A DNA stretch of 64,000 nucleotides from Azolla caroliniana (taxonomy: Eukaryota; Plantae; Polypodiophyta), in assembly GCA_043228905.1 (NCBI GenBank), contig JBHGNT010000005.1, positions 5,766,001-5,830,000 on the forward strand, given 5' to 3'. This document shows, piece after piece, positions 28,619 through 39,380 of this stretch. The stretch's first letter is position 1, and every line of letters begins with the position of its first letter. The notes under the pieces are model-generated. The model was not told the DNA's origin. It worked only from the letters and a program-made list of their open reading frames with translations, and did no database searches. The position numbers were made by a program, and so were the translations under genes.

Positions 28619-31600
28619 TGTCGTGAAGATTTTCGTCCATAGGCGGAAACCGGGGTGGAAGGGGCAAGTCGGTGGTGTGCAACATGTGCACATGTATACT
28701 AGGATATGGTGTATAGCAAGAGAGGGGAAATTTTGTCCCACATTGTAAGGTCCCTCCCTCCTTGGGCTATAAAAGGAAGGGAGGGGTCACTTATGAAGGG
28801 GTTGCCTATTTTGTGCAAGTAAGGTATACCACTTAGTCGAGGGTTCTCCCTCTTCCCATTTCGTTTTAGGGTTAGGGTTTTGGTTAGGGTTTTCGGATAG
28901 TCATTTTGGTGCGGCCATGGCGGCCACCACTGTTGTAACCGTTCGTTTTTTTTTTACATAACTTGTTGAACATCTTGCCTCCGCAGATCTCTCCTTCGAT
29001 GTCGTGGTCTTATTCTTTCCTCTTCTCCTCTTGAGCTAAGCCTCCATATCGTGTCCTATTCTTTCTCCTCCACTCCCTAGTCCAAGACCCCCGCGGTCCC
29101 GCCCCTTCTACACGCACGCGAGGAAGACCTCGACATCTTTGGTGAACCCGACGTGAAGGGCGGCAAGGGAGCATGGAGATGGAAGAAGACTTGGACTTCG
29201 AGGAGATGATGGCAAAAATCGTGATGGAAGCCGGACGGAAGATGGCGAAGCAAGATGCAGCTCAACAAGCCGTCGAAAGGGTGGTTGATCGAGTCCACCG
29301 ATTCAACGGGGACGATGTCCCGAGGTTCTTGGAAGCGTACGAGGCCGAGATGGCGAAAGGGGGCGTGGACGAGAAGATGCGGCTAGAGTATTTTCCTCGA
29401 GTTGCGGCCGCATCGGTGCACAAGGAGGTCAAGGAGCTACGAGAAGCTCACGAGTCGTGGGTGTCCTTGGAGGTAGCCCTATTGGAAGCGTGCGGATACG
29501 CGAAACCGGAGTGGGTATGCCGGCAACCCGATGGGGAGCGGTCGGCAACAACGTGGCCCGCGAGCGGCAGAGAAGAGAGAGCGGCGAGTGAGTACGCACT
29601 ACTGCCGGAAGAGAGCTCAACGCAAAACGGTTCGGAGGAGCTCGACCTAGAAGCGCTAATATGGGAGGCATGCGAGCTTGTGAAGGCGAAAATCGGAGCC
29701 GAAGAAGGGCTTGTTATGGAGACGGGCCGGAGGCGATCGGAGGATGCGGAGGAAGAAGCCTCCCTAGACGTAGAAGACGGGGCCTATACGGAGGCCGGGA
29801 GAGCGTACGACGGCGACATAGGAGAGGGTGCAGAGCAAGCGAACCTCTTGCCTTGCGGTGAAGGGACGGCCATGGAGACCGGTAACTACGGATTCGGGAC
29901 ATGGAGGCCCGAAACATTGAGTGAGGAGCGGACAAGCGGCGGTGCCGCGACCTTACACACACCGGTCCTAGAGCCGAGAGCCGGTGTGAGACCTAGAGTC
30001 ACGGATGGTGGCGGCGGCAAGGCGGGCAACCGAGACGACGGCATGGGAGAGATGGTGCCAAGCGTAATCGAGGCTTGCGGAATCGGAGATGGGGTAGCCG
30101 CGGACAACGACGACTGGACGAAAGCGGCTATTGACACAACGAGTGGCGGTGCCGGGTCCTTACCCACACCGGTCCTAGAGGCTCCGACGGCCGGCCCGAG
30201 TGCCGGCGTGAGACCTAGAGCGACGGGCGGTGGTGGCGGCAAGGCGGCCTACCACGGCGACAAAGAGAACGAGGAAGAGATAGCCACGGACCACGGCGTT
30301 CGAACGAAGGTGGCTACGATCATGGCATCGGCGAGTAACAGTATCGGGACTTTTCCCACACCTATTCTAGAGACTTCGGCAGTCGGCCCCGAGAGCACAC
30401 GTGAGACCGGAGAGACAGAAGGTGGCGGCGGCAAAGCGGACGATCGAAACGACGATGAGGAAGGTCATAGCGGACGGAGGCAAGACCTCTCGACACCGAG
30501 ACCGGAGACTACGGCGGTTGCGCTCGAATGCCAACATAAGACCGGAGAGAAGGGCGGTGGCCGTGAGGAGGTGTGGCCCGGAGCGAACACGTACGAAGAT
30601 GAGGATGCGAGGCCCGGAACAGGCATATACGAGAGGACCGACGGAGAGGTCGGGAACGGCAAAAAGGAGAAAGTCGGGAACCGACCCGACCGGAAGATGG
30701 ACTGGTCGATAATCCGACATGACCGGAAGATGACGCGGAAGAACATTGGAGCGGGGTCTGGTCAACCGGGCCCGAACCGAAGAAGAGCCGACAAGGCTGG
30801 ATTTGTTCGGACAAACATGTACCGGCCGGTTACGATTACGGAAGGGAGCCGACCAAACCAGGACTCGATCGGCCGAGACCGATCCGGGCGAACGGGCCAC
30901 AACACTCGGTGGGAGCCGGTGAGCACAAGAAGGAGGCCAAGCATGCACAAGGAGTACGACTCGGTGGGAGGCCAAGAGCGAGAGGGACCCTCCTCACCTA
31001 TTCTTGAGACTTTGGCGGTTGCGGATCGACGTAAGACCAAAGAGACGGCAGAAGGCGGCGAGGAGTCGGAGACCGGAACGGACGAGGCTACCGGAATGGG
31101 TACCCGGTGCGTGAAGGCGGATGGGCACGACCAAGACGGCAAGCCGGAGTCGAAAGGGGCTACGGCAACGAAATACGAAGAGGCCGACGCGGAGGTCGGG
31201 ACTACAACGAGGGAAGTGTGTAACGCAAACCATGCATTACGGCGTAGAATGGAGCGTGCACTACGGTCGGCGAAGGGCCAAGAAGCAAGCATGCACCCGG
31301 AAGAGCCGCAACGAGTGACCGACGATGACGGTCGGGGAAAGCCTTCGAGAGGCAAGTGCGGAACGACGGGCGGTGCGACGAGACGCCAAGATCAACAAAA
31401 CGAGACGGGCGTGATCAGCGTGAACGAAGGATTGTGTCTAGGAAAACGGAAGGGATGCGCGGAGAACAACGGGGTACACACCGGGAAGAGAAAACGTGGC
31501 GGCTTCCTGGAGGGCATACAAGGCCAAGCGGACCAAGAGGGTGTACCTCGGGGCGAAGCGGCAACATCGGAGGTTGCGGAGGACACCGAAGACGAGAGCA

Positions 31601-32982
31601 CCGACACGGATGTCGGGGAAGCAACGTACCTTTTCGAAAGGGGACGAAGAGCGGAGCGGAGTGCGAGACGTGCGATGTGGCCGCGTAAGGGCCGAACGAC
31701 AAGCATGAGGATGATCGGCGAGCATGGAAGGCTATGTCTTGAGAACCGGAGGAGGTGCATGGAGAGCAACGGGCTACGGAAGCGCGGCGTCCCGGAAGGC
31801 ATGCGAGGCCGAGCGGGCCAAGAGGACGAGAGACGGGATGAAGCGGTAACGGGAGTCGCGAAGGACACTGACATGGTGGTCAGGATGACGGTACGCTCTA
31901 CGGCGAGAGAGCACGACGAGCGAGGGAGAAGCGAGGAGCGCGTAATGAGGTCACCGAGGGACCGAAGAACGAGCGCATGTTCGGGAGACAACAAGGGCAC
32001 ACGGGAAGAGCCTACAGAAGGTGAGCGCGGAACGGAGGGAATTGGCACGAGGTGTTCGAGACGAAGAGAGGATCGAGCCGGAGGTGGAACACACGCGATA
32101 CGCGAGGAGCGGCACCTGACGAGCAACCGAAGCAATCGGGGGTCTAACCGGAGGACATGCGCGGTGAGCGAAGGAAGGGAGACCGGATCGGCAACGGTGT
32201 TCGGGATGGCCGGTCGAAGAAGAAGGTGCATGCGCCGGACATGGCGGATCGGATGGAGCCGACGGTTCGGGGAAACGCGGTGGACGTGGTGGATCGGATG
32301 GAGTCGGCGGGTCGGGGCCGGCAAGACGAATCGGCGCCAGCTCGGGACCGGCAAGAAGGTTGGGTGCCGGTAAGGCGAAAGACCCGGTTTATCACCGTGG
32401 ACGAAATTTCTCACCCTTTTCCTTTCTTGGCACATACCGGTGGATGTGCGGTTTGGTGGGGGTGGATGTCGTGAAGATTTTCGTCCATAGGCGGAAACCG
32501 GGGTGGAAGGGGCAAGTCGGTGGTGTGCAACATGTGCACATGTATACTAGGATATGGTGTATAGCAAGAGAGGGGAAATTTTGTCCCACATTGTAAGGTC
32601 CCTCCCTCCTTGGGCTATAAAAGGAAGGGCGGGGTCACTTATGAAGGGGTTGCCTATTTTGTGCGAGTAAGGTATACCACTTAGTCGAGGGTTCTCCCTC
32701 TTCCCATTTCGTTTTAGGGTTAGGGTTTCGGTTAGGGTTTTCGGATAGTCATTTTGGTGCGGCCATGGCGGCCACCACTGTTGTAACCGTTCGTTTTTTT
32801 TTACATAACTTGTTGAACATCTTGCCTCCGCGGATCTCTCCTTCGATGTCGTGGTCTTATTCTTTCCTCTTCTCCTCTTGAGCTAAGCCTCCATATCGTG
32901 TCCTATTCTTTCTCCTCCACTCCCTAGTCCAAGACCCCCGCGGTCCCGCCCCTTCTACACGCACGCGAGGAAGACCTCGACA
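28619..32982 (+). mobile_element. Element D: young non-autonomous gag-only (TR-GAG-like) LTR element inserted in the RNase H of B
   Basis: LTRs 28619-29135 and 32467-32982 (TGTCG..CGACA; about 4 substitutions plus 1 indel); PBS TGGTGAACCCGACGTGAA at 29140-29157 complementary to the plant tRNA-Trp 3' end; PPT GGTGGGGGTGGA; 4-bp TSD CCGT on both sides. Confidence 0.93.
29173..32373 (+). CDS. 1066-aa ORF of element D: Gag-like N-terminus plus long G/E/R/T-rich low-complexity tail
   Basis: Uninterrupted ORF starting 15 nt after the PBS. RFNGDDVPRFLEAYE..ESWVSLEVALL resembles Gypsy capsid; no protease, RT or integrase motifs. Confidence 0.7.
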   Translation: MEMEEDLDFEEMMAKIVMEAGRKMAKQDAAQQAVERVVDRVHRFNGDDVPRFLEAYEAEMAKGGVDEKMRLEYFPRVAAASVHKEVKELREAHESWVSLEVALLEACGYAKPEWVCRQPDGERSATTWPASGREERAASEYALLPEESSTQNGSEELDLEALIWEACELVKAKIGAEEGLVMETGRRRSEDAEEEASLDVEDGAYTEAGRAYDGDIGEGAEQANLLPCGEGTAMETGNYGFGTWRPETLSEERTSGGAATLHTPVLEPRAGVRPRVTDGGGGKAGNRDDGMGEMVPSVIEACGIGDGVAADNDDWTKAAIDTTSGGAGSLPTPVLEAPTAGPSAGVRPRATGGGGGKAAYHGDKENEEEIATDHGVRTKVATIMASASNSIGTFPTPILETSAVGPESTRETGETEGGGGKADDRNDDEEGHSGRRQDLSTPRPETTAVALECQHKTGEKGGGREEVWPGANTYEDEDARPGTGIYERTDGEVGNGKKEKVGNRPDRKMDWSIIRHDRKMTRKNIGAGSGQPGPNRRRADKAGFVRTNMYRPVTITEGSRPNQDSIGRDRSGRTGHNTRWEPVSTRRRPSMHKEYDSVGGQEREGPSSPILETLAVADRRKTKETAEGGEESETGTDEATGMGTRCVKADGHDQDGKPESKGATATKYEEADAEVGTTTREVCNANHALRRRMERALRSAKGQEASMHPEEPQRVTDDDGRGKPSRGKCGTTGGATRRQDQQNETGVISVNEGLCLGKRKGCAENNGVHTGKRKRGGFLEGIQGQADQEGVPRGEAATSEVAEDTEDESTDTDVGEATYLFERGRRAERSARRAMWPRKGRTTSMRMIGEHGRLCLENRRRCMESNGLRKRGVPEGMRGRAGQEDERRDEAVTGVAKDTDMVVRMTVRSTAREHDERGRSEERVMRSPRDRRTSACSGDNKGTREEPTEGERGTEGIGTRCSRRREDRAGGGTHAIREERHLTSNRSNRGSNRRTCAVSEGRETGSATVFGMAGRRRRCMRRTWRIGWSRRFGETRWTWWIGWSRRVGAGKTNRRQLGTGKKVGCR

Positions 32983-33378
32983 CCGTCCCGATCAGATAGT
33001 CCTTGTTGGCCTTAACTGCCGAAACGATACCCCATAGCTCGCGCTTGATTTGGGTGTACCCTCGATGTCGCTCGCTCAATACCTTTGCCCCAAACCGGGT
33101 CGAGAACCGTACGCCATCTTCATCTTCTTGATTGATCACCCACCTGATCCCGGTCGGGCTTGTGTCCACCGTCACGTAAATGGGGACTCCCTTGCCATAA
33201 ACCGCTTTCCGAAGAGCCGGTGCCGCGGCGAGTGCCTCCTTCAGTCTCCGGACCGACTCCGTGTGCTCCGCCCTCCATTCGAACCGGCGCCCTTTCTTTA
33301 ATAACCCGTAAAGCGGTTCCGTGACATACGCGTAGTGCAGAATCCAGATGTGATAGAATGCACATGCCCCCAGGATCC

Positions 33379-33647
33379 TGATGGGAACTCAAACGTTCCT
33401 TATGCGCAATGCTCGGCCACAACCGAGCTTAGAATGATACACAGAAAACAGGAAATAAAACACGACCCAAAGAAGAAGAGAATACACAGGAGGTTTACGT
33501 GGAAAACCCCAACTGGGGGAAAAACCATGGCAGCCCACAGGTTGCAAACTGTCACTACGTAAGAATATACAATAGTGAGCTCACTGAGGCACCGACCTCG
33601 TCTCATAGATCTTCACCACAAGCGGCGGTTACAACGGAGGCAACGAC

Positions 33648-33692
<45 letters not shown>

Positions 33693-34134
33693 CAGTTACG
33701 CACACTGATCTCGTGCAAAACAGAAAATGACGACAACTAAAAGTTTGCCCTAAGTCATATTTATACTAATATGACTTTTCGGCTATTTACAAATATAGCC
33801 TCGATGAACTCTCAGAAAACATATTTACGAATATGTCTCTTCATCCGGTTCATACCGGGTCTGCACCATCTGGCTCTCCGTAGTCGGGTATTCCTCATCC
33901 GGTCTTCATACCGGGTCTGCACCATCCGGCTCTCCGTAGCCGGGTACTCCTCATCCGGTCTTCACCGGGTCTGTATCATCCGGCTCTCCGTAGCTGGGTA
34001 CTCCTCATCCGGTCTTCACCGGGTCTGTATCATTCGGCTCTCCGTAGCCGGGTACTCCTCATCCGGTCTCGGCACTGTTTGTTCATCGGCACTGTTCTTC
34101 TGCCTTCCCATCCGGAGGGACCTGTCTCCCAACA
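33379..34134 (-). mobile_element. Element F: solo LTR (probably Copia) inserted in the RT of B
   Basis: TGATGGGA..TCCCAACA ends; TSD GATCC on both sides; B RT reads VTEVRRI|LGACAFYH across it. Orientation is inferred. Confidence 0.85.
33840..34068. repeat. 54-bp tandem repeat, ~4.2 copies, inside solo LTR F
   Basis: tcatccggt at 33841, 33895, 33951, 34005 and 34059. Confidence 0.92.
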
Positions 34135-34139
34135 GATCC

Positions 34140-36946
34140 TTCGGACCTCCGTGACCGACCCGCAATCATCCTTCATCGCGGAGATAGCTTCTACCTTCGC
34201 CAGGGATGGCTTCCGGCTGTAAGGTCCGCACAGGTGTCCGACTACCAGGATCTCCAGCTGTCCGAAGGCTGATTTTTCTCCGGAGAAAGTTAGCCGCGTG
34301 CTCTCGAGTCTTTGTAGCACCTTCTCGTAGTCGCAGATGTGATCCGTCACGAACCTCAAGCAACCGTCGGCCCCGATCGTCGCGTCCTTGTCCTCCACCG
34401 GACATCCTTTGATCGGGATGTCGTCCAAGAATGGCATGGTGATGCCTGGGATACAATCCCTCAGCACTTTGTTCATTGCGTTCACCATGTGGGCTACCGA
34501 GTTCGTCCCTCCTTGCGGGAGGGTACACATCCGCACTAGGCCGAGAGGAGTCTGCATCGTCGTAATGTCCCTGCTCTCCACGGCTAGTTGGAACTAATCG
34601 TACCCCGAGTACAGATCACCGACTGAGTAAATCGACCTTCCTGCGTTCCGAATGGTCACTTTGTTGACCAACTGCAGGTCTTGAATAAAGCATAACGTGC
34701 CATTCTTCTTTGGCACTGTAAACCACCGATTCGAGTATGGGGCACTCAACGGTTCGAGGATGCCCATCTCCACCTTCTATTTCAGCAACTCCATCAGCTT
34801 CGGGATGTGAGCTCTAGGTACCGGAATCGGTTTGAGATTCCACGGCACATGCGGTACCGTGAAGATCACCATTTTTTCCACAACCGTCGGGTCTACGCAC
34901 CTGATCTACTCCGGTGAGAATGCGAAAGCCTTCCCGTGCCTCCCGAGCATTCTCCGAAACCGGTCCTCTTTCGCCGGCAGTAGAAAGCCACCCCCACCGA
35001 TCTTGAGCTCCCGTAGCGTTATGTCGGTGAACGTGTGTCCTATGCCGGCCGGATCTCATAAACTTGGGTCCAACGCGACCCCCTTTATCCGTAACTCGTT
35101 GCCCTCCAGCAAGGGTGTTGCGACTAGCCTCAGCTTCCGGTCCACAGTCTTGTACTTCGTATCCACTCGGGCCGTCCGATTCGACTCGAGTCCATTATGG
35201 AAGTCGGCGATGACTTCATACACCTTTTCCGAACTTATCAGAATCGTCCGGTCCTCATTAAGGCCTTCTCCGAACACCTCCCGTAACTTCCCTAAGGTGT
35301 CGTCGAAAGAGACCGACTCCACAGCTCCGTTGATTTCCTCTTCAGGGCCGAGGACTCTGCATGCCCGAAGTCGCTCCTCTGCCCGCTTCTTTTCCCGGCC
35401 AACTACGCCGGCTATCGTACAACCTCCGCTATCAAAGAACCAAAATTTCCTACTTATGGTACATGGCTTTTTGCCTATAGTACATCTGTGGGGTTTTTCC
35501 GGGGTGTCTGGACTATCGCGACCCCACACCTTGATAGCCCTCTCTAAAAATCCCCTTGGGTTTCGCCACCGAGGGTCTCGTGGTTACGCTCATGGTTCGG
35601 TCGCACCGTCAGGAACTAGACCGAGTGACGCTCGTCCTGGCTCTTGACTCGTGCATATGCCAAACCATTGTCCAGCACCTTTGTCTCCATGCCTACCGCC
35701 GTGATGTATGGTTCCCCGAGTATAACCGGATGCGACGACGTCTCTTGCATGAAGAAGTGTTGATCGATCTCGACATCACCGATCTTCACTCGTACATTCG
35801 GGCAGGCTCCATGTAGCTCTTCCGTGGTGCGCGTCGTTGCCCGTATTTTCCACCCGTGCTTGGTGTTGATCAGCCACTTCCCCTTCTTGTAGAAGTCCAT
35901 GGACATCAAGTTGACTTCTGAACCGTGGTCCACCAACGCCACCATCGGCTCCTGAACATCTCCGATCTTAACAGGGGTCTCCGTGGTTGCTCTGGCCCAA
36001 TGCGTCCTTCAATAGTGGCTCTTTGCCAACTCGTCTTCTAGCGCCATGTCTTCTAGGTGCGTCGTTGCACCTCCACCGGCTTCTCCAGCTCCGGCTCTGT
36101 CGAAAGCCTTTTCCGCTTCACCAAGTCTACGATGGAGTCCTGGAACTCCTTCTTGGCGATACCGAGCACTTCCCTCAGCAACAACTCCACTTTGCTTTCA
36201 AGGATCCGTTCCTCCAGGACCTTTCGTAGGTCCGTGCTTCTTTCGATCTCTGTGCTCAACCGATAACCGGCCTTCCTGGCCTTGTCCGGTGCGTCAGATA
36301 CACCGACATCATTCTGCTTCGGCCCGAACCAGATCTCATACCGTTGTGAGGGTCCGGCCCCTCCGGTCTTACCCACACGCTTGTCCTCCACCAAAACCTC
36401 GTAGTTTTGGCAAGCGGCTTCAACGAAGCCCGTCTTCTCTTCGACCGGGTCACTCCACCTGGTTGCCTCCCGGACCCGTCTTTCCCCGTGGTCCGCTTCC
36501 TCTTTCCTATGTCGTACGCCGGCGAGGCCTTCCAGTATCAACGGCCAGAATCCGGCTTCCTTCGTCTTCGGGACTTCATCACTTCCGAACCGAATTCCAG
36601 CCGACGCCGAGTAGTGGACGGTCTCCGCGTGGCGAGCCGCCGCTTCTTCCATCAGTTGTTTCATACCCCTCGTCCGACACTCAGATCCAAGGCCCTTCGG
36701 GTCTCGCTACTGTGCACCCGACCGTTCCATAGGTACACCATGTTAGCTCTTATCGCTTCGGTGAAGTCCCCGCAGTCCTTTCGGGTGTGGCCGACCGCCT
36801 CGCACCCCAAGCACCGGTTCGCAACCGGAGGCCTTCGGTCACAGACTTGTTCACCGCCGTCCCTCTGTGCTTGCGCAATCTGGAGGTCCCTCACCATCTA
36901 AGTCAGCTCCTCCAGAGCCGCTCCTCCGGACGAGCCTTTGACTATG
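34140..36946 (-). pseudogene. Element B gag C-terminus, protease and RT
   Basis: ORF fragments 36661-36897, 35616-35945 and 34030-34581; broken by stops and frameshifts. Confidence 0.85.
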
Positions 36947-37464
36947 CCGAACAATGGAGACAGAAAAAATGTAAATGTATATATATTTCAAGGAGTTACA
37001 ACCGGCAAGCCAGTGAGTGATAGGCTCCGACACTTGCACACACACACACACCCACGCGAGATAGAGACTCTACCGAAAGCACTCGGGCGTTCCGCGGAGC
37101 AGAGGCAGCCTCCTGAAAACCTGCGCATGACGACTATGGAGACGATAGAGGAGAAGAGCTCGGTCCCAGTCTGGCAGCACTTCGTCCTCCACAAAACGTG
37201 ATCCCTTTACAATACCTCTCCCTCTCTTTTATAGCCCAAGGAGGGAGGCCGTTACCACCCATCACATCATGTTTATTCCTTGTCTTTTCAGATAGGGATA
37301 CACATCTATTTTCTCCCTAATGAATGCGTGCTACCTAGGATTTCACCTCAGCCGACTTGTACCTACCTACGTACTATACAACAAAACTTGTGCTCACGTG
37401 TAAGGGCCGGTTTACGCACGTTATACCCAGTTCCACCTAGGGACGGTTTCCTCCACGACACCGT

Positions 37465-37998
37465 CTCCGGGGAGCTCGGTATTTTACAGAACTTGATCTC
37501 CGTACTGGCTACCATCAAATTCATACAAGTGAGGACGATGTTCCAAAAACGACATTTCATACACGCTATGGCCATTGTGAGTTTTTGGTTATGCCTTTTG
37601 GTTTGACCAATGCTCTGGCTACATTTCAACAAGAAATAAATGACATTTTCAGAGAACAACTTGGAAAATTTATCGTTATTTTCTTGGATGATATTTTAGT
37701 TTATAGTCATACATTAGAAGAACATGCTAAACAGTCCGCTTTGTTTTACAAACATTGCATGACAAATAGTTTTATGCAAAGATCTCAAAATGTGAGTTCT
37801 TCGAGAAATCAATTACTTATCTTGGACATCTCAAAATGGTTTTGTCGGGTTTTTGCGAAAATCCCTTCGTAATTACTCCCAATTGACGACGCCGTTTACT
37901 GATCTTCTAAAAGGTCAAACACATAAGTCTACAAAACCTATTGTCTAGAATGCTACACTAGACCTCGCCTTTAAGGAACTCAAGGACCTGGTATGCTA
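37465..37998 (+). pseudogene. Element A RT (3' part)
   Basis: LRGARYFTELDLRTGYHQI..VMPFGLTNA..FIVIFLDDILVYS..AFKELKDLV continues the frame broken at 20706. Confidence 0.9.
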
Positions 37999-37999
37999 C

Positions 38000-38632
38000 A
38001 CTATCTGGCGTGGGATAGAGCTCAAAATGAGACTCCCATCGTCCCAGCCATGTGCAGATTGCTTCTTCGGTTCTTTCCTTTTTGTCTGCCGTAAATGGCT
38101 TAACGACAAATGATGGTTCACCTTGTCGCTCATCAGGTCTATTAGTCTCACGTTGTAGACTAATGACACGTGCCTCAAGAGCACTCTGAGATTGCCAAAG
38201 TTCGGTCATCTGTTGAGCGGTGAAACTAAGGTAATAGGTTATTTGTGCCAAATACATCTCAGTGGACATTTGTCCAAGAGGATTCCCTTGAGTTCCTTCC
38301 GCTTGAGCGGATGACATCAGGTCGTTAATTTGAGCCATTAAAGATTATTTCTGGAAAAGAAATAGGATAAGGTCAGAGAGATAGTCATAACATCATGTCC
38401 TGATGTAAACATATCATGGGCAAACATTAATCGATATCATGATCTCACGTCAATACCCCTCTAGACGTATGAGATGAGGTTCAAGATCAGGTTACTATGG
38501 TAACACAAAGGTGTTTTAAAAACCATGGGGGTGACAATTTAATGTCTTTCCCTGATCTCTATATCGATTTTTTCATGGTGGCTCCTCGAGGCTCAACCAT
38601 TTATGTTCGCATCATGAATAGTTTACATGCAT
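38000..38632 (-). repeat. Inverted copy of element A leader and gag start (source 18524-19156)
   Basis: ORF 37958-38338 (-) MAQINDLMSSAQAEGTQGNP..WESHFELYPTP duplicates the gag beginning at 18817. Confidence 0.93.
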
Positions 38633-39179
38633 GACCATATAATATCTCGTGGTGAGAATTTACCGTAGTATTCTATACACGTGGATAAGTGTGAGGGTTA
38701 AACGAGAGTGTAAAGAAGGGGAGGATTACTTTTAATCCTCGGGATTGAGACAACCCATTAGGCCAAGTGTGAACTTGCCTGGGGGCCTTAGGTATCGCTA
38801 TAAATAAGAGGCCTAACTACCCTCATTTCATCATCTTTTGACTACGTCGAGACTCTGTTCTTGTGGTGGGTCAACTCTTGTAGCAAGTGCGCCAGCACCA
38901 GGTACGACTCGACGCCACGGCGGTGGTATGGGACACCGATCGAGGCTCAAGTCCGTCTTGATCCCTTCGCTCGGGGGTGGTCGGGTGGATCGGCACCCTT
39001 CTTTCTCTCTTTCCTCTCTATCTAGATCTATCGTTTATCCTTATCCTTTGGTTACATTAGTACATATCTCTAATAGCTATAGCCTTGAGCAAACCAAGTC
39101 GAACCACAAGCTTGAACCAAGCCAAGGACAATAGTTATGGTAGTTAGGAATGTTTACTCAAACCGAGCCCCCTTCCTTT

Positions 39180-39380
39180 ACCTATTTACGATAGTAGCCT
39201 CGACAACTAGCACAACTAAATAGGGAAGTTCTCTAAACGTTGGTTCAAATCTTATATGGTGATCAAGGAGAATGATAATGCTATGTACCACCTTGCTGAG
39301 CTTAATGGAACAAAAGTGGTGGTGGTTGTTGCGAGGAATTAAGGGGGGTCCAGATTTCCAAGAGGCAACAAGATGAGTGT
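39180..39380 (+). mobile_element. Old AT-rich relic of a B-family integrase C-terminus
   Basis: IYDSSLDN*H..KFSKRWFKSY..NDNAMYHLAELNGTK aligns to B VHDSNLDNQH..KFARRWFGPY..NDNAMYHLAELDGTR. Confidence 0.75.

Larger units (their letters stand above)
20707..37460 (-). mobile_element. Element B: GC-rich non-chromoviral Ty3/Gypsy element inserted in the RT of A
   Basis: 3' LTR 20707-21372 (TGTCG..TGACA) with PPT at 21373-21390; 5' LTR ~36947-37460 missing its inner ~150 bp; 4-bp TSD CAGT/CCGT. Minus-strand order: gag knuckle CLGCEAVGHTRKDC, protease LVDHGSEVN, RT LPQGGTNS..FLDD, RNase H VDTSP..RELWG..ETDC..ADML, integrase with GPY motif. Confidence 0.92.
16701..39075 (+). mobile_element. Element A: Ty3/Gypsy LTR retrotransposon with chromovirus-type RT; host of nested B, C, D and F; RNase H and integrase replaced by an inverted duplication
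   Basis: 5' LTR 16701-17154 (TGTTA..TAACA); tRNA-Met PBS TGGTATCAAAGC at 17157-17168; 3' LTR 38629-39075 lacking its first ~8 bp; 5-bp TSD GCTAT on both sides. Confidence 0.92.

Noticed and set aside
28864-28893. Interstitial telomere or telomere-targeting signal in the D LTR
   Set aside because: Only a few degenerate TTAGGG units, as is common in plant LTR promoters.
31392-32435. 347-aa antisense ORF and many overlapping ORFs in elements B-E
   Set aside because: Shadow frames of GC-rich retroelement DNA with no recognisable motifs.
33840-34068. CRISPR-like regular repeats (also 10693-11014 and 17405-17660)
   Set aside because: Tandem units without unique spacers, eukaryotic context and no cas genes.
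20707-37460. Bacterial contamination or a horizontally transferred gene island suggested by the GC jump
   Set aside because: Fully explained by nested LTR elements with TSDs and host frames that continue across each insertion.
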